Source: Dehalococcoidia bacterium (GTDB lineage Bacteria > Chloroflexota > Dehalococcoidia > Lucifugimonadales > Australimonadaceae). From it: a DNA stretch of 64,000 nt. The position numbers were made by a program, and so were the translations under genes. Under the pieces are notes generated by a model, which saw nothing but the letters and a program-made list of their open reading frames with translations, ran no database searches and was not told where the DNA came from. Positions within the stretch are counted from its first letter, which is position 1, and each line of letters opens with the position of its first letter. This document shows positions 30,377 through 39,456 of the stretch, piece after piece. The DNA lies in assembly GCA_034423175.1 (NCBI GenBank), contig DAOUJA010000034.1, positions 6,379-70,378 of the forward strand, in the 5' to 3' direction.

Positions 30377-30782
30377 CGGAACGCTCATCCTCGTCGACGA
30401 ATCTCTGAGTCCACCGGTCGCCGATGCGCTCTCGGCGGTCGGTTTCAACGCAACGAGTGTCCGCCGAGTTTTCGAACGGGAAGGTGTGCAGGACGAAGAG
30501 ATCATCGAGTGGCTTGCCCAACGCGATGGAGTGTGGGTGCATGCAGACGACAAGGCCAAGATTCAGCATGGAAGACAGGTACTCACATCCCGCATCTCCA
30601 CGCTTTGGGTACGGCGCCCTAAGACAGGCATGTCTGGCGTGAGCCAACTCCGCGCCATCATTCACGTCTTGGAAGACTACTTGGCCAGAAGGAGCCAGTC
30701 ACGAAGTCCGGTGCATTACAGAGTCGTCATTCACGGCGAGCAACACCGCGAGCGCGTGCGCCTGGAACCGTATAGCCCTTGA
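30369..30782 (+). CDS. DUF5615 / Mut7-C PIN-like protein (putative toxin); start inferred at CTG
   Basis: The frame of ORF 30486..30782 is open back to the TAG at 30366. The upstream part reads LPDGTLILVDESLSPPVADALSAVGFNATSV, a typical DUF5615 N-terminus. GGGAGGAG lies 7 nt before CTG 30369. Confidence 0.6.
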   Translation: MPDGTLILVDESLSPPVADALSAVGFNATSVRRVFEREGVQDEEIIEWLAQRDGVWVHADDKAKIQHGRQVLTSRISTLWVRRPKTGMSGVSQLRAIIHVLEDYLARRSQSRSPVHYRVVIHGEQHRERVRLEPYSP

Positions 30783-30786
30783 TTCG

Positions 30787-31152
30787 CTACTCCTCCACAG
30801 CGGACTCGATGTGAAGGATCTGCGCCGGGCCGTCCGGCTGCAGGGTGATGGCCACCAGATCGATGCGCCACGAGGCGGTGGCAAGCCCGTGCGCGGCCAG
30901 GTATTCCTTCGCGGCATGAACGAGCCGCGCCTGCTTGCGGCGCGTCACCGACTCCTCGGGCGTGCCGTAGGCCGTGCTGCGCTTCGTCCGCACCTCGACG
31001 AACACGACCTCCACGCCGTCCCGCGCGACGAGGTCTATCTCGCCGAAGCGGGTGCGGTAGTTGCGGGTCTCGACGACGAGTCCGCGCGCTTCGAGGTGCG
31101 CCTCAGCGATGCGCTCGCCCTGCGCGCCGAGCCTGGAACGCGGGCTAGGCAT
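30787..31152 (-). CDS. yraN: YraN family (UPF0102) endonuclease-like protein
   Basis: GERIAEAHLEARGLVVETRNYRTRFGEIDLVARDG..VVFVEVRTKR. Confidence 0.88.
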   Translation of the reverse strand: MPSPRSRLGAQGERIAEAHLEARGLVVETRNYRTRFGEIDLVARDGVEVVFVEVRTKRSTAYGTPEESVTRRKQARLVHAAKEYLAAHGLATASWRIDLVAITLQPDGPAQILHIESAVEE

Positions 31153-31744
31153 CGGTGAACAGCACCGGCTTGAACGGAGAGAAGGTGAGCCGGTGCACCG
31201 GCGACGGCCCCTTCTCCGCGACGGCGGCGAGGTGACGCGCGGACGCGTAGCCCTTGTGCGCGCCGAGACCGTAGCCCGGATAGCGTCTGTCCAACCGTCG
31301 CATGATGCTGTCCCGGTAGACCTTTGCGACGATGGAGGCGGCGGAAATGGCGGTGCAGAGCGCGTCGCCCTTCACGATGGCGGTGCACGGCTTGCGCCTC
31401 CAGTCCAGCGGGAACGCGTCCACGAGGACGTGGTCCGGGGGGTCGTCGAGGCGTTCGAGCGCGCGGCGCATCGCCATGCGGGAGGCGGGCGCGATGCCCT
31501 CGCTATCGATCTCCTGGTTGCTGGCCTCGCCGATGCCTATCGCGACGGCGATGGCGCGCACGAGCCTGTCGGCGCGGCGCAGCTCGGCGGGCCTGAGCGT
31601 CTTGCTGTCGCGCAGGAGCGGCAGGTCCTCGTGCTCGAAGCCGACCAGGTCCGGCAGGACGACGGCGCCCGCGACGACCGGCCCGGCGATGGGGCCGCGC
31701 CCCACCTCGTCGACACCCGCTATGCGGGCGAAGCCTTCCCGCAG
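31145..31744 (-). CDS. rnhB: Ribonuclease HII; start inferred at CTG 31744
   Basis: IAGVDEVGRGPIAGPVV, DSK, KGD..SIAAASIVAK and HKGY motifs. The catalytic D-E of GVDEV lies upstream of the first GTG (31705). GAGGAG lies 9 nt before an in-frame CTG and gives a 199-aa product. Confidence 0.8.
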   Translation of the reverse strand: MREGFARIAGVDEVGRGPIAGPVVAGAVVLPDLVGFEHEDLPLLRDSKTLRPAELRRADRLVRAIAVAIGIGEASNQEIDSEGIAPASRMAMRRALERLDDPPDHVLVDAFPLDWRRKPCTAIVKGDALCTAISAASIVAKVYRDSIMRRLDRRYPGYGLGAHKGYASARHLAAVAEKGPSPVHRLTFSPFKPVLFTDA

Positions 31745-31798
31745 GAGGCGGCGCTCCTCTTCCTGGGTGGGGATCGGGTATCCGTTCGTGGTGCGGCC

Positions 31799-32983
31799 TC
31801 AGACGGCAGCCGGTGCTCCGGCCGCGCCGTTCTCCTCAACGATGGGCAGCAACCTCGCCTCCACCGGGCCCTCTATGAAACCGCCGCCGAGGACGCGGTC
31901 GCCGTCGTAGAAGACGGCGGCCTGACCGGGGGTGACGGCGCGCTGCGGCTCGTCGAACCATAGCACCGCGTCGTCGCCGCCGTGGTGAAGGACGGCGGGG
32001 GCGGGGCGTCCGTTGTAGCGTATGCGGGCGGCGACGCGGGAGGCGTCAACGGGCCGCGTGTTCGCGACGTAGCGGACGCTCCCGACGCGCACACCGCGAC
32101 GGAGCAGGTCCGCGCCAGCGCCAACCGTGATGCGCCGCGTCTCGGGATCGACGGCCGTGACGAAGATCTTTTCGCCCTCCGGCAGACCGAGCGCCGACGG
32201 CGCGACGCCGATACCGCGCCTCTGACCGACCGTGTAGAACTCGATGCCGGCGTGTTCGCCGACGACCCGCCCGGACGCGTCGACGACCTCACCCGGCTCC
32301 GGCGCAGACTCCCGGCGCATGAACCGGCGGTAGTCGCCGCTGGGGATGAAGCAGATCTCCTGGCTGTCTACCTTGTCGGCAAGGTGGAAGCCGGCTTCCC
32401 TCGCCAGCGACCGTATCTCTCCCTTGGTGTAGGCGCCCACCGGCAGCAGCACACGTCCCAACTGCTCCTGGCCGAGGCCGAAGAGCACGTAGGACTGGTC
32501 CTTGCCCGCGTCCACGCCCTGGCGGAGCGTCCACGCGCCATCGCCATGGTCCCACTCGATGCGGGCGTAGTGGCCGGTGGCGACGAAGTCGGCGTCCATC
32601 ATCGCGGCGCGCCGCATGAGGAAGTCGAACTTGATGCGGTCGTTGCAGGCGATGCAGGGGTGGGGGGTGCGCCCGCGCTCGTACTCGCTCACGAAGTAGG
32701 CGACGACGTGCTCACGGAACTCGCGCCGGGCGTCGACGACGTAGTGCGGGACGCCGAGCACCTGGCAGACGCGGCGCGCGTCCTCGATGTCCTGTATCGA
32801 GCAACAGCCCTGGTGGTCCGACGAGATGTCGTCCTCATCCGCCGACCAGAGACGCATCGTGACGCCGACGACGTCGTACCCCTGCCGGTGCAGCAGGTAC
32901 GCGGCGACGGAGGAGTCGACGCCGCCCGACATCGCGGCGACGACCCGCTTCCCCTGCCCGATCGCGGTCTCATTCGTACTCAT
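31799..32983 (-). CDS. mnmA: tRNA 2-thiouridine(34) synthase
   Basis: PP-loop VVAAMSGGVDSSVAAYLL, CCS...D and conserved Cys residues. ATG at 32983. Confidence 0.92.
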   Translation of the reverse strand: MSTNETAIGQGKRVVAAMSGGVDSSVAAYLLHRQGYDVVGVTMRLWSADEDDISSDHQGCCSIQDIEDARRVCQVLGVPHYVVDARREFREHVVAYFVSEYERGRTPHPCIACNDRIKFDFLMRRAAMMDADFVATGHYARIEWDHGDGAWTLRQGVDAGKDQSYVLFGLGQEQLGRVLLPVGAYTKGEIRSLAREAGFHLADKVDSQEICFIPSGDYRRFMRRESAPEPGEVVDASGRVVGEHAGIEFYTVGQRRGIGVAPSALGLPEGEKIFVTAVDPETRRITVGAGADLLRRGVRVGSVRYVANTRPVDASRVAARIRYNGRPAPAVLHHGGDDAVLWFDEPQRAVTPGQAAVFYDGDRVLGGGFIEGPVEARLLPIVEENGAAGAPAAV

Positions 32984-33025
32984 ACGCTGCCCATGATAGC
33001 AGCGCTCCACCTATAATCCCCCCGC

Positions 33026-33394
33026 ATGGCATCGCACCAGGGCACACCAGCAGAAGCGGGAACGGCGGCGCGCAGGGCCGTGGACGCCGCATCGGACAAG
33101 CAAGGCTCCAACATCGTGCTGCTGGACGTGCGCGGCGTATCCGCGTTCGCCGACTACATGGTCGTGCTCACGGCGGGCAGCGTTCGGCAACTCAACGCGC
33201 TCGCGGATGACCTCGTCGAGGCCGTCGAGAAGGCGGGGCTCAGGCTCCATCACCGGGAGGGCTCCGCGGAGTCCGGCTGGGTGCTGCTGGACTTCGGCGA
33301 CGTGGTGGTGCACGTGTTCAGCGAGGAGCAGCGGGACTTCTACCGGCTGGAGCAGGTGTGGCGGGCGGGCAGAGAGCTCGTCAGGATTCAGTGA
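33026..33394 (+). CDS. rsfS: Ribosome silencing factor
   Basis: NIVLLDVRGVSAFADYMVVLTAGSVRQL...WVLLDFGDVVVHVFSEEQRDFYRLEQVW. Confidence 0.88.
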   Translation: MASHQGTPAEAGTAARRAVDAASDKQGSNIVLLDVRGVSAFADYMVVLTAGSVRQLNALADDLVEAVEKAGLRLHHREGSAESGWVLLDFGDVVVHVFSEEQRDFYRLEQVWRAGRELVRIQ

Positions 33395-33836
33395 CCCAGG
33401 GCTCGACCTCGCGGTCGTAGTCCAGCAGTTCGCCGTCCGCGAAGAAGATGGCGAGCTCCCGCTCGGCGGACTCGGGCGAGTCGGAGCCGTGGATGAGGTT
33501 CCGGCCGATGTCCACGGCCATGTCGCCGCGTATGGTGCCGGGCTCCGCGTTCCGGGGGTTGGTGGCGCCCATGGTCTTGCGCACAACCTCCACGGCGTCC
33601 TTGCCCTGCACCGCCATCGCGACGAGCGGGCGGGACATCATGAACGAGGCGAGCCCGGCGAAGAACGGCTTCTCCACGTGCTCCGCGTAGTGGCGCTGCG
33701 CGGTGGGCATGTCCAACTGCATCAGCTTGAGGCCGACGATCTGCAGTCCACGGTTTTCGAGACGCGAGATGATCCTGCCCGCGAGGCCGCGCTGCAGGGC
33801 ATCCGGCTTGAGCAGAACGAGAGAACGCTCGGACAA
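33381..33836 (-). CDS. ndk: Nucleoside-diphosphate kinase
   Basis: ERSLVLLKPDALQRGL...YAEH...GATNP..AEPGTIRGD...NLIHGSDS. Confidence 0.93.
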   Translation of the reverse strand: MSERSLVLLKPDALQRGLAGRIISRLENRGLQIVGLKLMQLDMPTAQRHYAEHVEKPFFAGLASFMMSRPLVAMAVQGKDAVEVVRKTMGATNPRNAEPGTIRGDMAVDIGRNLIHGSDSPESAERELAIFFADGELLDYDREVEPWVTES

Positions 33837-33938
33837 AATTGGTTACTCCTTCGTGCCGCCATACCGGCGGCGGAATCCGTAGGCTATCACACCCGAGCGT
33901 CCGCGAGGTGAGGGCTCCCCTGTTGTTCCTGCCCTTCC

Positions 33939-33979
33939 CGTCATTCCCGCGCAGGCGGGAATCCAGCGAGTGGTGGGCC
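33939..33979 (+). repeat. Family-B REP element, partial
   Basis: ccgtcattcccgcgcaggcgggaatccagcgagtggtgggcc. Confidence 0.75.
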
Positions 33980-34347
33980 AGGCTTCTCCTCGTAGCTGGA
34001 ATTCCTTGTTATCCGTTGCGATGCGTTGCATTCACTCGTAGATGGGCCTTGCTCCGGGCAACGACCGGGCCGCGCTCCGGAACGGCGCCGGTGACGGAAT
34101 GCAACGGCGTTGCAACAGGGGCAACGCGGCTCCGGCAGGGCTGCGTCCCCCGCCGACGTTCCGCCGTCACCACCCAGCGTACGCGGTCGGGGGGGCGGTG
34201 GGTAGGGGCGGATGTCGCATGTTCCAGTCGATGCATTTGGTCGCAATGACTTGCTGCCAGTGGTCGATACGACTGCTAATCTAGGGCGACCGCATCGATG
34301 AGGAGTTACCTCAACTCCGGCGCGGAACTACTTGAGAGGACTGTAGT

Positions 34348-37300
34348 ATGGCGTCCGACAACGTCAGCCTGCTCCCGTTCCGTTGCCTCTCGCTCGACCT
34401 CGAAGTCCTGAAGGACGGCAGCCGCATCCGTGCCTTCGCCGGAGTGCGCTCGGACACCAATCGTTCTTTCTCCTTCTCAGGGACCGGGCACTCATGGGCT
34501 GATGCGTTCGTTAGACTGGACCGCTTTGCCGATGGGGTGGGCTTCCTGCTGGGCCACAACCTGATCGCTTTCGATCTGCCCCACCTGCGCGCTGTGAACC
34601 CAAACCTCCGGCTGCTGCGGCTGCCTGCGGTGGATACGCTCAGGCTGAATCCTCTGGCTTTCCCCCGCAACCCCTACCACCACTTGGTTAAACACTACCA
34701 GGATGGACAGATCAAACGTGGACGCGTCAACAATCCCGAACTGGATGCAAGACTGACGCTGCAAGTACTCGAGAACCAGTTGACAGCATTTCGCGACGCC
34801 CCACCTGGCCTTCTAGCCGCTTGGCACTGGCTGACCACGGTTGAGGACGGCACCGGGTTCGACAAGGTGTTCGGATCACTGCGGGGCTTGCCTCGACCGT
34901 CCAATGCCGAGGGGCACGATGCTATACAGGCACAACTGGAAGGGAACTCCTGCCGGACGCAGGCACGTGAGGTCATGGCGCGTCCGAATGAACATGGCTG
35001 GGCCCTCGCCTACGTGTTGGCTTGGTTGTCCGTATCGGGAGGCAATTCGGTCATGCCTCCCTGGGTGCGGTATCAATTCCCTGAAGCAGGCCAACTGGTG
35101 CGCCTGTTGCGGGACACGCCCTGCGCCGACATCGACTGCTTGTGGTGCGCCGAACGGCACGACGCGCGCAAGGAACTGGCACGCTGGTTCGGGTTCAGTG
35201 GATTCCGTCCTGAGCCTGCGGACGAAGCCGGACGCTCCATGCAGCAGTCCGTCGTAGAGGCTGGGATGGCGGGGGAGCACACACTGGCCATCCTGCCGAC
35301 CGGCGCGGGGAAATCGCTCTGCTATCAGGTTCCAGCGCTGTCCCGTTACGACAAGACCGGCGCATTGACGGTAATCATCTCGCCGCTGGTCGCCCTCATG
35401 GCCGACCAGGTGGCGGGCCTGGAGAAACGGGGCATCGATTCCTGCGTCACTATCAACAGCCTCTTATCCATGCCTGAGCGAGCCGACGCTCTTGACCGGG
35501 TGCGGCTGGGAGACGCCGGGCTCCTCATCATTTCACCTGAGCAGTTGCGCAGCGTTGCCGTGCGCCGCGTTCTGGCGCAAAGGGAGATAGGCACCTGGGT
35601 GCTGGACGAGGCACACTGCCTCTCCAAGTGGGGGCACGACTTCCGGCCGGACTACCGCTACGTCGGGCGGTTCATCCGCGAGCGGGCCGGAAACGAGACT
35701 GTGCCGCCGGTGTTGTGCCTGACTGCAACCGCCAAGCCAGACGTGCAGGCGGAGATTGTTGACTACTTCCAGAGAGAACTCGGAATCGCGCTCAAGGTCT
35801 ACAACGGCGGTACTGAGCGCGCCAACCTCGAATTTACGGTGATACGGACGAGCACCAGCGAGAAGTTCGAACATATCCACCAGATCATAGAGTCCGATCT
35901 GCCGGCGCATGAACCCGGCGGAGCGATCGTCTACTGCGCAACCCGGCGGCACGCTGAACGGGTCGCCGGGTTCCTGCGTGAAAAGGGAATCCAGGCAGAC
36001 TACTTCCACGGGACATTGCCACCGGAGACCAAGAAGAACGTTCAGGAGAGTTTCATCGAGGGCGGCCTGCGCGTCATCGCCGCCACCAACGCCTTCGGCA
36101 TGGGCATCGACAAGCCGGACATCCGCCTCGTGATTCACGCAGACATCCCCGGTTCTCTGGAGAACTACTTGCAGGAAGCGGGCAGGGCAGGGCGCGACCA
36201 GCAGGCAGCTCGCTGCGTACTGCTGTACACGATGGACGACGTGGAGCGGCAGTTCGGGATGTCGGCCCATTCGCGCCTCACACGGCGGGAAGTCCACGGC
36301 GTCCTGAAAGCGCTGCGTAATCTCAACAAGAGGAACCGCTCGAACGGCGAAGTGGTGGCCACATCGGGCGAGATACTCATTGGGGACGAAGACCACGAAT
36401 TCGAGCGCGATAAGGCGACTGACGATACGCGGGTGCGCACGGCAGTAGCATGGCTGGAAGAAGCGCAACTGCTGACACGCGAGGAGAACCGCGTGCAAGT
36501 GTTCCCATCTTCCCTGCGGGTGCGTTCTCTGCAAGAAGCAAACGCCAGGCTCGCCAAGGCGCGCGTAGGGGACGCCGGCCGCCGCCAATTGCTGAAAATC
36601 GCCGAAACGCTGTTCGAAGCGGACCCGGACGAAGGCATCTCAACCGACGAATTGATGTCCGCATCCGGCCTCACTCCCGAAGGAGTACGGAGCGCTCTCC
36701 ATGACCTTGAGCGGCTGGGCATCGCCGCCAACGATACGGCCCTGACCGCCTTCGTCCACGAGAGAGTGAAGGGCAATTCCCGGCAGCGCTTCGATGAGGC
36801 GGCGGAGCTGGAGCGCGCCATGGTCGACCTCTTGCGCGAGACCGCGCCCGATATGGGGATAGGTGAAACGTCCACGCTTTATCTCCGTCAGGCGAGCCAG
36901 CGGTTGAAGGACGACGGCTACAAGAATGCTCTGCCGGAACGCTTGCGCCGCATCGTCCGGAGCATCGCTGCAGACGGTCGTGGCGACGGCGGAGGTGGCG
37001 GCAGTCTCGGCCTGCGCGGGGTGAATCGTGACGCCGTCCAAGTGACACTGCAACGCGAGTGGGGAATATTGGAGAAAACCGCAGGGTTGCGCAGGGCCGC
37101 CGCAGGGCGGCTTCTAGCCCACCTGCGCGCCTGTCTCCCTGCCGGAAGCAGAGGCACGGATCTGCTGGCTGAGACAACCGTCGGAGACCTGCTGAAGGCG
37201 CTCACCTCGGACATGACGCTGATGCAGGAAGTCAGGGAACCCAACAAGTTGATGGATCGTGCGCTGCTGTGGCTGCACGAACAGGATGTGGTCCGCCTGA

Positions 37301-39456
37301 ACAAGGGTCTTGCCGTGTTCCGCCCGGCCATGACCATCCGACTGAAGCAAGAAAGGCGCGGCTTCGCCCGGACCGATTTCGAACCGCTGAATCTCCACTA
37401 CAACGAACAGACGCTCCAGATCCACGTGATGGCGGAATACGCAGTGCGGGGCCTGACAGCCATGGCCGATGCCCTGCGCATGACCGTGGATTACTTCAAC
37501 CTGCGCAAACGGGACTTCGAGCGCCGCTGGCTGCCGGAGCGAGAAAAAGAACTCTTCCGCCAGACCACCCCTGAATCATGGCAGGCCATCGTCGAGAGCC
37601 TGAACAACCCTGTGCAGCGCAGTGTCGTAGCGGACGAAAGGGAGCAGGCCAACGTGCTGGTGCTTGCCGGTCCCGGCTCCGGGAAGACGCGGGTGCTGGT
37701 GCACCGCATCGCCTACCTCGTGCGCGCGATGCGCGAGAACCCCCACTCTATCCTCGCTCTCGCGTACAACAGACATGCCGCCGTAGATATCCGGCGCCGT
37801 TTGGCGGAACTCATCGGCGACGACGCTCGCGGCGTGGTGGTGCTCACCTGCCACGCGCTCGCCATGAGTCTTGCCGGCGCGAGTTTCACAGGGCGTGCGA
37901 ATGACCTGGACGACGCCGAATTCAAAAAGATACTCAAGGAAGCGGTGTCCCTGTTGCGCGGGGAAGGACTGCCGCCCGAGGAAGTGGACGAACAGCGGAC
38001 GCGGTTGCTCGCAGGCTTCCGCTGGATACTGGTTGACGAGTACCAAGATGTCGGCCCCGACGAGTATGCGCTGATCTCGGCGCTGGCGGGCAGGACGCTC
38101 TCCGAAGAAGACGACAAACTGAGCCTCTTCGCGGTGGGCGACGACGACCAGAACATCTATACCTTCAAGGGCGCGTCGGTGCGGTTTATCCGGCAGTTCG
38201 AGAAGGACTACGCAGCCAAACCGGTGTTCCTCACCGACAACTACCGCTCCACCAGCCACATCATCGCGGCTGCAAACGCGATAATCGAACCGGCGAAGCA
38301 ACGGATGAAGAACGGGCATCCCATTCATGTAAACCAAGTGCGTAAGAAGGAACCGCCTGGTGGCGTGTGGGTTCAACGCGATGCGGTTGCGCAAGGCCGG
38401 GTTCAGACATTGCCGGTTGGGGATTCGCGAATCTCCCAGGCGCAGGCAGTCGTCGCCGAGTTTCAGCGACTATCCAGCCTGACACAGGATTGGGATTGGG
38501 CTTCCTGCGCCGTGATAGCGCGCGAATGGAGTTACTTGGACCCGGTGCGCAGCCTCTGCGAGATCAAGGGCATCCCCGTGCAGATGTCGAACGAGGACTT
38601 CTCGGGCATCTGGCGCCTGCGGGAAACGCAGGCTCTCCTGCAGTGGGTGCACGAGCGAGACTCCCGCTTGATAACGAGCGCGGAACTGAACGACTGGCTG
38701 GAAAGGCAAACCTACGGCTCTTGGAACGAACTGCTGCTCGAAGCCGTGGGCGAGTATGCACTGGAGACCGGCGGCGCGGAAACGCCGGTAGCACACTTCG
38801 TCGAGTGGCTGGCGGAATGGGCGCGGGAGGTACGCCGCCGTCAGCGCGGGTTATTGCTGACCACTGCTTATGGCGCCAAGGGTCTGGAGTTCGACCATGT
38901 CGCGGTGCTGGACGGAGGGTGGGAGCGCGTTGAATACAGGGATGCCGATTCCCAGCGCCGGTTGTACTACGTTGCGATGACTCGCGCCCGTCAGACGCTT
39001 ACCCTTGCCCGCTTCCCGAGGCCACACCCATTCCAGGACGCCTTGCCGGACAGCCCGGCAGTGCTACACAGGGATGAACCCTTGTCGCTCCCGGCCCCCG
39101 CGCCGGAACTCACACGCACTTACCGCCGCCTCAGTCTAGGGGACGTTGATTTGGGTTTCGCGGGCCGCAAACGTTCGGCCGACCGTGTCCACCGCGCCAT
39201 TGCCTCGCTTGCACCAAGCGATCCATTGACGGTTCGCGTTCAGTCACACCCCTGGGAGCTTGTGGATTCGACAAGCACAGTGGTGGGGCGACTCGCGCAT
39301 CGCTTCGAGCCCGATGCCGGTATGCGGTGCATCGCCGCCAGCGTCCTTGCGGTTGTCACCTGGAATCACGAGATTTCAAGCCCTGAGTACCAGAGTGGTA
39401 TGCAGTGTGAATCGTGGGAGGTCGTGGTGCCAGAACTGGTATTCGAGCCTGAGTAG
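34348..39456 (+). CDS. 1702-aa fusion: DnaQ-like 3'-5' exonuclease + RecQ-family helicase + ~450-aa unknown linker + UvrD/PcrA-like SF1 helicase + ~140-aa unknown C-terminal domain
   Basis: Exonuclease motifs: LSLDLEV, GHNLIAFDLPHL, NPELDARLT. RecQ motifs: LAILPTGAGKS, LDEAHCLSKWGHDFRPDY, ATNAFGMGIDKPDIRLVIHADIPGSLENYLQEAGRAGRD. UvrD motifs: VLAGPGSGKT, ILVDEYQDVGP, FAVGDDDQNIYTFKGA, LTDNYRST, TAYGAKGLEFDHV, YVAMTRAR. Confidence 0.9.
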   Translation: MASDNVSLLPFRCLSLDLEVLKDGSRIRAFAGVRSDTNRSFSFSGTGHSWADAFVRLDRFADGVGFLLGHNLIAFDLPHLRAVNPNLRLLRLPAVDTLRLNPLAFPRNPYHHLVKHYQDGQIKRGRVNNPELDARLTLQVLENQLTAFRDAPPGLLAAWHWLTTVEDGTGFDKVFGSLRGLPRPSNAEGHDAIQAQLEGNSCRTQAREVMARPNEHGWALAYVLAWLSVSGGNSVMPPWVRYQFPEAGQLVRLLRDTPCADIDCLWCAERHDARKELARWFGFSGFRPEPADEAGRSMQQSVVEAGMAGEHTLAILPTGAGKSLCYQVPALSRYDKTGALTVIISPLVALMADQVAGLEKRGIDSCVTINSLLSMPERADALDRVRLGDAGLLIISPEQLRSVAVRRVLAQREIGTWVLDEAHCLSKWGHDFRPDYRYVGRFIRERAGNETVPPVLCLTATAKPDVQAEIVDYFQRELGIALKVYNGGTERANLEFTVIRTSTSEKFEHIHQIIESDLPAHEPGGAIVYCATRRHAERVAGFLREKGIQADYFHGTLPPETKKNVQESFIEGGLRVIAATNAFGMGIDKPDIRLVIHADIPGSLENYLQEAGRAGRDQQAARCVLLYTMDDVERQFGMSAHSRLTRREVHGVLKALRNLNKRNRSNGEVVATSGEILIGDEDHEFERDKATDDTRVRTAVAWLEEAQLLTREENRVQVFPSSLRVRSLQEANARLAKARVGDAGRRQLLKIAETLFEADPDEGISTDELMSASGLTPEGVRSALHDLERLGIAANDTALTAFVHERVKGNSRQRFDEAAELERAMVDLLRETAPDMGIGETSTLYLRQASQRLKDDGYKNALPERLRRIVRSIAADGRGDGGGGGSLGLRGVNRDAVQVTLQREWGILEKTAGLRRAAAGRLLAHLRACLPAGSRGTDLLAETTVGDLLKALTSDMTLMQEVREPNKLMDRALLWLHEQDVVRLNKGLAVFRPAMTIRLKQERRGFARTDFEPLNLHYNEQTLQIHVMAEYAVRGLTAMADALRMTVDYFNLRKRDFERRWLPEREKELFRQTTPESWQAIVESLNNPVQRSVVADEREQANVLVLAGPGSGKTRVLVHRIAYLVRAMRENPHSILALAYNRHAAVDIRRRLAELIGDDARGVVVLTCHALAMSLAGASFTGRANDLDDAEFKKILKEAVSLLRGEGLPPEEVDEQRTRLLAGFRWILVDEYQDVGPDEYALISALAGRTLSEEDDKLSLFAVGDDDQNIYTFKGASVRFIRQFEKDYAAKPVFLTDNYRSTSHIIAAANAIIEPAKQRMKNGHPIHVNQVRKKEPPGGVWVQRDAVAQGRVQTLPVGDSRISQAQAVVAEFQRLSSLTQDWDWASCAVIAREWSYLDPVRSLCEIKGIPVQMSNEDFSGIWRLRETQALLQWVHERDSRLITSAELNDWLERQTYGSWNELLLEAVGEYALETGGAETPVAHFVEWLAEWAREVRRRQRGLLLTTAYGAKGLEFDHVAVLDGGWERVEYRDADSQRRLYYVAMTRARQTLTLARFPRPHPFQDALPDSPAVLHRDEPLSLPAPAPELTRTYRRLSLGDVDLGFAGRKRSADRVHRAIASLAPSDPLTVRVQSHPWELVDSTSTVVGRLAHRFEPDAGMRCIAASVLAVVTWNHEISSPEYQSGMQCESWEVVVPELVFEPE

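Noticed and set aside
33840-34347. ORFs 33839..34249(+), 33941..34246(-) and 34009..34236(-) in the spacer upstream of the helicase as possible small accessory genes
   Set aside because: They overlap each other on both strands. They are Arg/Pro/Gly-rich and partly encoded by REP elements. They lack any start context or motif. The region is better described as non-coding repeat or regulatory DNA.
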